In this document: one piece after another, positions 28,503-35,685 of the stretch
Layout of the letters: every line of letters starts with the position of its first letter
Numbering within the stretch: the stretch's first letter is position 1
Virus record (IMG/VR): IMGVR_UViG_3300049847_000494
Location: 68,977 to 132,976 of that record
DNA from: a virus
Length of the DNA: 64,000 bases
Direction: 5' to 3' (one strand)
Notes under the pieces: generated by a model
Told to the model about the DNA's origin: nothing
The model's input: only the letters and a program-made list of their open reading frames with translations
Database searches by the model: none
Translations under genes and position numbers: made by a program

Positions 28503-28542
28503 AATTAAAAAATCACACCATTAATACTTATTTAATAACAGG

Positions 28543-29670
28543 ATGCCTATCAAAGGATATAGACCCCCAGATCAAGATAGGGTAACAGCTAATACGTCAG
28601 TATTAGAAGATACTGCTATGAGGCAGGCAAAGGAAGATTTACTACCTATAATTGCCCAAAAGTCTAGAAACGCACTTAACGTAGCCCCTATCTATATAGA
28701 ATATTTTCAAAGATTAAAATCAGGTAGACGTTGCTCTTGTTTTGGGGTTGAAACTGATCCTACAGGACTTTGTTTTGTATGCTTCGGAACAGGTGTTGTT
28801 GGCGGCTATACTAAAAGAGGAACAAAAACAGAAGTATTTGATGTTACTTATCCTAATACAGTAGCAGCAAACATACATGCTGATTATAGTAATGCGACAA
28901 GACCTGTATACTGGTCATTGGAACCTACGTCTGTATATGGTACAATTGAATATAGCATACCTATTAATACAAATATAGGTTTAGTAGATGTTTTAGATAT
29001 AAAAGATTATCAACCTATAGGTACGGAAATCCAATACTATATAAGGTCTAATGAGGAAGCTACTTTCGTAAAACTTACAAGAGCTTCAGCAGAAAGTAGA
29101 CTTACATCTAGCTTCTTACATTTATTTATCGTAATGAAGCGAAAATCGCCAACATCTCCTTTGCCAAAACTACAAAATATAAGATTTTCTTATAAGCTGA
29201 TCGCTGTAACTACGCTACGTGCTGATATACCTCGAATAGGTGAAAGTCTAGCATTAGAAGACTTTGGTATAACACAAACTTTTAGTAATCTTACATTCTT
29301 TTTAGATAATACCCTTAAAAACTGTACAAATGAAGATTTTATAATAAATTTACAAGATAATACAAGATGGAAAATTGTTGAAGTAAAAAATAATAACCCA
29401 TTGAATATAACATTATCATGGGATTTAAACTGTCGCTTGCTTCAAGATTATGAAGCAAGATATAAAGTACCTGAAGGTATTTTAGACTGGAACCCTGGGG
29501 ATACAAGGTCTATAAAGTCTATACAAACAGATAAAGATAGTACGGAGTTTAGGAAATTGAACCCAGGTCACACCAAATTACCAGGGCACCGTGGTGATGC
29601 TGTTGCTATTGATCAAACACCTGTGGAACCTGGCGTATCAAACGTAAGCAGACCTATCAGGGAAGTGTAG
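28543..29670 (+). CDS. Putative neck/head-closure protein
   Basis: RCSC...CFVCFGTGVVGGY zinc motif and a C-terminal D.II....RW.I pattern. Confidence 0.45.
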   Translation: MPIKGYRPPDQDRVTANTSVLEDTAMRQAKEDLLPIIAQKSRNALNVAPIYIEYFQRLKSGRRCSCFGVETDPTGLCFVCFGTGVVGGYTKRGTKTEVFDVTYPNTVAANIHADYSNATRPVYWSLEPTSVYGTIEYSIPINTNIGLVDVLDIKDYQPIGTEIQYYIRSNEEATFVKLTRASAESRLTSSFLHLFIVMKRKSPTSPLPKLQNIRFSYKLIAVTTLRADIPRIGESLALEDFGITQTFSNLTFFLDNTLKNCTNEDFIINLQDNTRWKIVEVKNNNPLNITLSWDLNCRLLQDYEARYKVPEGILDWNPGDTRSIKSIQTDKDSTEFRKLNPGHTKLPGHRGDAVAIDQTPVEPGVSNVSRPIREV

Positions 29671-29671
29671 A

Positions 29672-30205
29672 GTGATAGAAACAGCAACAACTCCAGAGAG
29701 TTTTTTCTATGAAGTGTTGCAAGATATTTTAAAGTTTAAAAGAATTAATATAGACCCCACAATAGAATACTATTTAGTAAATATTTTAAATCAAGTTACA
29801 TCTTCTATATTAGACGTTACTCTTGTAGAGCTTCAAACAGAAGCTTCTAAGCTAAAGAAGGTTGAAGCTTTCCGTGAATTAGGGGACACAGCTTTAGTTA
29901 AATCAAGTATATTCAGAGAATATAATAAAGTGGATATATCCTATCTTGAGCATATAGGCAGTCAAGCCTATACAACAGCAAGTATTCTTGCCTATCGACA
30001 AAGCAACGCCGCATTATTTTTTGATTTAGGTAATAAATTTGCGGCATATTCAGAAATCCTAAATAAAGTAACAGAAGAAATTACAATAAAAAGTAATGAC
30101 CCTCTTGTACTCTATGAGAAATATTTAAAAACAAAATCAGAAGTTATACTAAGAAAACTCAATAGTCTTGGAATGATTATAAATATCATTGAGAGTGAGG
30201 CTTAA
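29672..30205 (+). CDS. Host-like conserved hypothetical protein
   Basis: EYYLVNIL, RELGD.AL, G..AY, F..L...F, LYE.YLKT.S pattern, recalled from a bacterial family (myxobacteria, Bdellovibrio, some gammaproteobacteria). Confidence 0.55.
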   Translation: MIETATTPESFFYEVLQDILKFKRINIDPTIEYYLVNILNQVTSSILDVTLVELQTEASKLKKVEAFRELGDTALVKSSIFREYNKVDISYLEHIGSQAYTTASILAYRQSNAALFFDLGNKFAAYSEILNKVTEEITIKSNDPLVLYEKYLKTKSEVILRKLNSLGMIINIIESEA

Positions 30206-30547
30206 ATGGCACTAATAAGAATTAAACTAAATCCTGCAGTAGATCGTTCAGCTTCTATAGTGTTGGGTGATCAAGGCAGGGTAACAAACATAAGCCACAC
30301 AATACCTATTGACAAATATCCGGAATCGAGTCAATATCTAGGATATTGGAAGAATGCACGTTCTTCTGATGGTATCTTGGTCATTACGCACTGGTATCAG
30401 TCTTTTGAAGAAGACTCATTTAAACGATGGAACTTTGCTATTTTAGCACAAATAGCTGATTTGATCGATAAAAGTAAAGTTATTGTAGAGTTAGCAGGGA
30501 CACCACAAACCTCAACATACGTTAGAACAGCTCATATTGTTACGTAA
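30206..30547 (+). CDS. Hypothetical protein
   Basis: Coupled ORF. Confidence 0.5.
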   Translation: MALIRIKLNPAVDRSASIVLGDQGRVTNISHTIPIDKYPESSQYLGYWKNARSSDGILVITHWYQSFEEDSFKRWNFAILAQIADLIDKSKVIVELAGTPQTSTYVRTAHIVT

Positions 30548-30576
30548 TAAGTAAACCCTACCATAAGGAGGATCTC

Positions 30577-30774
30577 ATGACATATATTGTTATCGATATT
30601 TGGGGTGAATCTGAGGATGTAAAGCAGGTAGGGTCTAATTGTGATAAATGTGGTTGTAGTGAAGAAAACTTAAAAAAACTAGGTTCTAGTGATTTATGTA
30701 ACAACTGCTTTGTTAAAGCAGTTGACTACATAATACCAAATATAACACCCCAATTAGAGATTGTTAAAGACTAA
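30577..30774 (+). CDS. Small zinc-finger protein
   Basis: AAGGAGG RBS; CDKC...LCNNC. Confidence 0.55.
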   Translation: MTYIVIDIWGESEDVKQVGSNCDKCGCSEENLKKLGSSDLCNNCFVKAVDYIIPNITPQLEIVKD

Positions 30775-30797
30775 AGTCGAAATAGTTATTTGGTATT

Positions 30798-31322
30798 GTG
30801 GGTGCCATAAAAAAAGCGAAAACCAAGAAAAAAGCTGAAACATTACCTATAAAAAAGTTTAAACGTGTATTAGGTTTAGATCCAGGTGTAGTTAATTTTG
30901 GGGCTACATTACTTATTGATGGTAAACCTAATAAAACTTTCTGGGTAAAGGCACAACAAAACATATATGATGATGGTGTATTCATTAATAATATAATTGA
31001 TATTATAAGAGAAACTAAGCCAGATTTGATTATAGCTGAGCGATATCAATTTAGAGGTTTACAATCTGTTTATGTAGAAGTGGTAAGCCAGATGCTTGGT
31101 AGATTATCCATCATAACACGAATTTTATTTAATAAAGAGTTAGTTCAAATAACAGCTGCTCAATGGAAAAACTTCTATAAAGTTAAAAAGCTAAAAAATG
31201 GTGTATGGAGTTTATTTCCTAATTGTAGGATTTTCGAAGAAATTCATCAAGTTGATGCTGCTGCTATCGGTAAATATGGCTGGGAAACCCTAGATTCCCG
31301 TATTCCAATAAGATTCAAATAG
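30798..31322 (+). CDS. RuvC-like Holliday junction resolvase
   Basis: VLGLDPG, IIAE, QWK, HQVDAAAIG. Confidence 0.8.
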   Translation: MGAIKKAKTKKKAETLPIKKFKRVLGLDPGVVNFGATLLIDGKPNKTFWVKAQQNIYDDGVFINNIIDIIRETKPDLIIAERYQFRGLQSVYVEVVSQMLGRLSIITRILFNKELVQITAAQWKNFYKVKKLKNGVWSLFPNCRIFEEIHQVDAAAIGKYGWETLDSRIPIRFK

Positions 31323-31340
31323 AAAGATATTGCAACTAAC

Positions 31341-31625
31341 ATGACTGATTTTGATGGATTATATCCAGCATGGACATGTACGACCCAAGAAGCTAAAACT
31401 ATTGGTGATCGTTTAGGTGTAGACTGGAAACGGTTTCCTTTAGAAGAGCTTCGAAGAGGTATTGAAGTTGAATTTGAGCATAACTCCGATATTGTAGGAG
31501 CTGCTCGTATTGCATTAGAACATTTAATGGAGTCAAGCACCTACTATACAGATTTAGATAAGATGGAGAAGCAAGAAAAAATATCAAGTCACCGTAAATT
31601 GCTTTTAGATTTTCTAAAAAGGTAA
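31341..31625 (+). CDS. DUF5661-like protein
   Basis: GIEVEFEH...ARIALEHL.E...YY..L..ME. Confidence 0.7.
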   Translation: MTDFDGLYPAWTCTTQEAKTIGDRLGVDWKRFPLEELRRGIEVEFEHNSDIVGAARIALEHLMESSTYYTDLDKMEKQEKISSHRKLLLDFLKR

Positions 31626-31638
31626 CTTACAAATCTCT

Positions 31639-31877
31639 GTAGTGGTTTCAAGCTTAAACAGCTATAACCTGACGGGTTTTACCACTACTTAACTGGTACC
31701 TAAAAAGTACCCACAACCCGAAGAGCCTGGCTACCAGGCATTAGTCTGGTTAAAAAGGCTTAGATACTAAATCTGGGAGGTAATGTAGTTATGAAATCAA
31801 AAACAAATTACAACTTTAAAATACTTAGCTGTATTGGCTATATACAGCGTTTTACCCAACCAAATTTTAGTATTTAG
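31639..31877 (+). ncRNA. Candidate structured RNA (three tandem multibranch domains)
   Basis: Nested inverted repeats, several with G-U pairs on the plus strand, in the largest intergenic gap of the window; see findings. Confidence 0.35.
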
Positions 31878-31905
31878 AACATAACAAAGTTAGTTACTAA
31901 CCCAC

Positions 31906-32685
31906 CTAGCAGGTGGGTTTTCTAATTAAGTCCTGTAGCCAATCTAAATCTTCTGTTGATATATCTAAGGCTTGTTGCAAATTTTGCAGATTAGCATACT
32001 TAGAAGTAGTCCAGGTAAGCAGCTCTTTGATATCAACACCGGAAAAAGCTTCTAACTTAGCTATATGCTTAGGCTTAATTTTTTCACAAGACTCACTACA
32101 GTAATGAAAAGTAACATCTTCATTAGAATTAACAGGCTTCTCACAGGTATAACAAACAGGAGCTTGGATTACTAGGAATTGAGGATCTAACCCAAAATCA
32201 GTGGAAGCCTCTGTAGTTAGCTTACGCATTTTAGTTAGTACTATATTGAGTTTTTCCATGATAGTTTTAGTAGAGAAACCTAGTACAAGGCTTAAATCTA
32301 AAACGTCTAATGATTCTAGCTTATTGTGCTGCATATAAACTAAAGCACAGTTTTTAACGCCAGGATAAGTAGTATGAAAAGCACATTCAGGAAGGTTACA
32401 GTCAGTTACGATAGTGTTGTTAATAACAGGACAGCGTACAGCTGTTGTTTTAGTTACACTAGGAGGTAGTATACCTAAAGATTCTGTGATGTTTAAAGCT
32501 AAGTATCCGTTTTTATTCATAATAGTATTCATGGAAGAGATAAGAGTACATTTATCACAAGTTTTTAAATTAGGTAAACCGGCTGATTGTATCAGCCCAT
32601 CAACTTTATCACAAGTCTCAGAGCGGATCAAGCCATGCTTGCATGCGCTATTAAAGACTTTTAATTTTTTCACCATATGTAACAT
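31906..32685 (-). CDS. Cys-rich hypothetical protein, possible regulator
   Basis: Several Cys clusters, an HTH-like LSLVLGFS segment and CYTC...YCSESC. Confidence 0.55.
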   Translation of the reverse strand: MLHMVKKLKVFNSACKHGLIRSETCDKVDGLIQSAGLPNLKTCDKCTLISSMNTIMNKNGYLALNITESLGILPPSVTKTTAVRCPVINNTIVTDCNLPECAFHTTYPGVKNCALVYMQHNKLESLDVLDLSLVLGFSTKTIMEKLNIVLTKMRKLTTEASTDFGLDPQFLVIQAPVCYTCEKPVNSNEDVTFHYCSESCEKIKPKHIAKLEAFSGVDIKELLTWTTSKYANLQNLQQALDISTEDLDWLQDLIRKPTC

Positions 32686-32757
32686 TTACAGGTATTTTTG
32701 TAAATGGTTATATATTTAAGCCAGTGGTACTAATTTAATGGTAATAGGAGAATCATA

Positions 32758-33579
32758 ATGCTCAGCAAGGCTGATAAAATCTTGGACAGACTAGCAGCCA
32801 CAACTGCTGCTGCAGGCTTACCAAAACGTAGTGATATGTATGTTGCAGACGTACAAGCTATCGATAATGCAAAGTGTAAAGTACTTGTCGGTTATAAAGC
32901 TGACAATGCAGATGCACCTACGTTGGCACAACTAGAAGATTTCTTCGATCATACTTTCGGTAATAAGATTGTAGCACAAACAAGCTCTGCTCAAGTTCAT
33001 GCAGATAACAGTTCAATAAGCGTTGTAGCTACACTAAATGTACCTACAAGAGCTTATGCCGATATCAATGATCTAATCCGTGTTTCATCTAATACTTTTA
33101 TGGATGAAAAGACACAAAATCTATGGCAGGTAGTAGATACAGGGACGATGAAATATCTTTCAAGGCAATCTAAGGAAGATATTGCAGAAATCGTACAAGC
33201 TCGCAAGGCTAAAAATGTGGTAAGAGCTGCCAGTTTTGATAAAATCAAAACAGCAGCGCCTATGGCATTAGCCGGTGACCAGGTTAAGTTTATGTCAGCA
33301 CAGAACGTAATTCTAATGGGCGAAGTAACCAGTATTAGTGATGTTAAAGCAGTCATCAAGGCTAATGGAGCATCCCACTCGGTTGATCGTCATGCTATTC
33401 TACAAATTGTAGAACGTAGTGGTAGTAATCTAAAGTCACAGAAAATGAATCTAAATGATTACTTTACTAAAGCTTTTGGTGACGCTGGTTTTGCTAAAGA
33501 GCTTACCAAAGAGACAACCCAGGAAGACGGGCTGGGTACTACCGTACCAACCTCATTTGACAAACCAAAAAAGCGCTAA
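32758..33579 (+). CDS. Hypothetical, probably abundant virion/head protein
   Basis: AGGAG RBS, its own terminator and an upstream GTACTAATT shared with the capsid gene. Confidence 0.55.
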   Translation: MLSKADKILDRLAATTAAAGLPKRSDMYVADVQAIDNAKCKVLVGYKADNADAPTLAQLEDFFDHTFGNKIVAQTSSAQVHADNSSISVVATLNVPTRAYADINDLIRVSSNTFMDEKTQNLWQVVDTGTMKYLSRQSKEDIAEIVQARKAKNVVRAASFDKIKTAAPMALAGDQVKFMSAQNVILMGEVTSISDVKAVIKANGASHSVDRHAILQIVERSGSNLKSQKMNLNDYFTKAFGDAGFAKELTKETTQEDGLGTTVPTSFDKPKKR

Positions 33580-33602
33580 ACTAACTAAATAAACCGTAAA
33601 GG

Positions 33603-33635
33603 AAAAGCCTGTGCCTTAATGGCTCAGGCTTTTTT
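33603..33635 (+). terminator. Rho-independent terminator
   Basis: AAAAGCCTGTGCC-TTAAT-GGCTCAGGCTTTTTT. Confidence 0.8.
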
Positions 33636-33641
33636 AGTAAA

Positions 33642-33926
33642 ATGAATAAAATAAATAAAATTGCTAACAATTTAAATAAACTAGCGGCAACTGATATATC
33701 TACATCAGAGCTTCGTGAGGCTATGAAAGCGCCTTTACAAGAATTAGCTACACAAAAAGCTGATATAGAGAACGTGGAAACTCTTACAACAGACGAAGTA
33801 AAAACAATAGAAAACATAATAGATATAGGTAAAGCTTTGGTAGATATTTCTAATAAAACAAATTCTATCAACTTAAAGCTTAAACCTATATTAGTCATAG
33901 TAGGACAAGCCTTGCAAGGATTGTAA
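33642..33926 (+). CDS. Hypothetical protein
   Basis: Leader KINKIANNLNKLAA. Confidence 0.5.
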   Translation: MNKINKIANNLNKLAATDISTSELREAMKAPLQELATQKADIENVETLTTDEVKTIENIIDIGKALVDISNKTNSINLKLKPILVIVGQALQGL

Positions 33927-33949
33927 ATATAAATGTAAAGGAAGTTTAA

Positions 33950-34558
33950 ATGCTTGAAAGCTGTCGTGTATGTCAGTTAGATTTATTTGTAGTTAGTAAA
34001 ATCAGATCAAAATACCTTGAAGGTGCCGACTTAGAAGACATATCTACATTATTTGATCTAAGTTTAGATGATATTCGAGAACATTGTCACAACTGCATTA
34101 AAAGACCAAAAAGTACTCAAGCTAGGTACAAGGATATCATTGAAAAGCTTGAAGATGATATTGAGTTAGTTCGTGCTAATATGAGTGTTAAAGGTGACGA
34201 CGGTGAAAGTGAAAATACTATACCAGCCCTAGTTCAAGGTTATGCTCGTCTGATTTCCGAGTATAAAGATTCTATTGTAAAGCTAGAAGCTCTTACTAAA
34301 CCTGAAGACCAGGTTAAGGATACTATTATACAGGTTATCAATCCACTTATTAAGGATGTTCTAAGGAACATAACCGAAGAAACAAGTAAATTAAAAGGTG
34401 AAATGAGAGTATCTGGTATACAGGAAGATATTATCCTAAAGCTTTTAGAGGATTTTTTCAAACGTATTGCACTAAAGCTGAAAAAATCATCAGATGATTC
34501 TGTTTCAAACTTAAAAGTATACTTTGGGGCGGATAGCTACATTAGCGAAAAGGAATAG
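33950..34558 (+). CDS. Possible terminase small subunit or HTH protein
   Basis: CRVC plus an HTH-like N-terminus, a helical body, and position upstream of terL. Confidence 0.35.
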   Translation: MLESCRVCQLDLFVVSKIRSKYLEGADLEDISTLFDLSLDDIREHCHNCIKRPKSTQARYKDIIEKLEDDIELVRANMSVKGDDGESENTIPALVQGYARLISEYKDSIVKLEALTKPEDQVKDTIIQVINPLIKDVLRNITEETSKLKGEMRVSGIQEDIILKLLEDFFKRIALKLKKSSDDSVSNLKVYFGADSYISEKE

Positions 34559-34561
34559 AGT

Positions 34562-35653
34562 ATGAAACTCCTAAATTTTGATAATCCTACTGGAATTAGA
34601 ACGGAATCTACGCAAGAGAATGGTTATGAATATGAAACAAATAACCCTGAAGATGTTGTAACGGGTAATAATCTTAACATATTGCCGAGTGCTCTTTCTA
34701 TAAAAGAGGATTCAGTCATTGATCGGGCTCTGCCTTGGGCTCAAACTCCTTACAATTTAGAACCTGGTCATGGTTTATCTGTTGTGGATATGCTAAGAAG
34801 AGTAGCTGAAAGTATAAAACTAAGGGTAGCTGCAAGTAATGAGGATAATCTAAACTGGAAGCAAGCTTTAACTATTATCAAAAATACGTTCAAAGAAAAT
34901 AAGTTAAAACTTGTTGAGTTTAAAGATAGGAATAAGCCAGAAGCTATACCTTACTATACACAGAAAACAGCAGAAGGGATATTTTTCTGGATTCACCATA
35001 GAGAACAAGCTGAAGCTTCTCTTAATGAAGCTGTTAAGCGTTTACAAGCTAATGGTATGACAGCTACAAGAAAAGAAAGCGGTATTTTATTACAACCATC
35101 AGCACCATTAACAGAAGTTTTTACAACAGATGCCGTAGCTACTTATACCAAAGGTACTATAGTACAAAGTGATCCTAACGATGAGTGGAGTAAGCTTGAT
35201 GTTAAAGGTACGATAGTAAGCTATAGCTATGACCCTATTTGTAAAAAGCTGTCAATTTACTGTAGTAAAGGTCCAATTGAAGTAGGTACTTCTTTCCAGG
35301 TAACTAATGCAAATTCAAAGCAAATAGCCAAAATTATAAAGTATCAAGTGGAAATTTATAAAAAGCTATTTAATCCAGAAACTTATGGGCTGGTAAGTAC
35401 TACTAAGCCACTAAAGTTAAAAAAGCATATTATTACGTACTGTGATAATGGTATATCTTTTATAGTAACACCAGAAGGTCATGTTTTTGCCATGACGGAA
35501 AAGGGTGAAAGCCGACTTTGTAAAGAAGAAGGTAAGATCAGCTTAAACCCTGAATTATCATTTAGACGAGTTACACCTAGTACCAAATATGTGTACGGTG
35601 AAATGTGGAATAAGTTTGGTCATTTACTAAATAAGCGTGGATTACTAAAATAG
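34562..35653 (+). CDS. Hypothetical protein
   Basis: 363-aa ORF. Confidence 0.5.
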   Translation: MKLLNFDNPTGIRTESTQENGYEYETNNPEDVVTGNNLNILPSALSIKEDSVIDRALPWAQTPYNLEPGHGLSVVDMLRRVAESIKLRVAASNEDNLNWKQALTIIKNTFKENKLKLVEFKDRNKPEAIPYYTQKTAEGIFFWIHHREQAEASLNEAVKRLQANGMTATRKESGILLQPSAPLTEVFTTDAVATYTKGTIVQSDPNDEWSKLDVKGTIVSYSYDPICKKLSIYCSKGPIEVGTSFQVTNANSKQIAKIIKYQVEIYKKLFNPETYGLVSTTKPLKLKKHIITYCDNGISFIVTPEGHVFAMTEKGESRLCKEEGKISLNPELSFRRVTPSTKYVYGEMWNKFGHLLNKRGLLK

Positions 35654-35685
35654 TATAATTAATTAAAAAGATTTAAATAGGTATT

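Noticed and set aside
28503-28542. Strand switch as a replication origin
   Set aside because: The gap is only 40 bp with no iterons; a divergent promoter region explains it.
31626-31905. tRNA, tmRNA, RNase P RNA or hammerhead ribozyme
   Set aside because: No T-loop/CCA end, no RNase P GAGGAAAGUCC core, and CUGANGA and GAAA do not co-occur on one strand.
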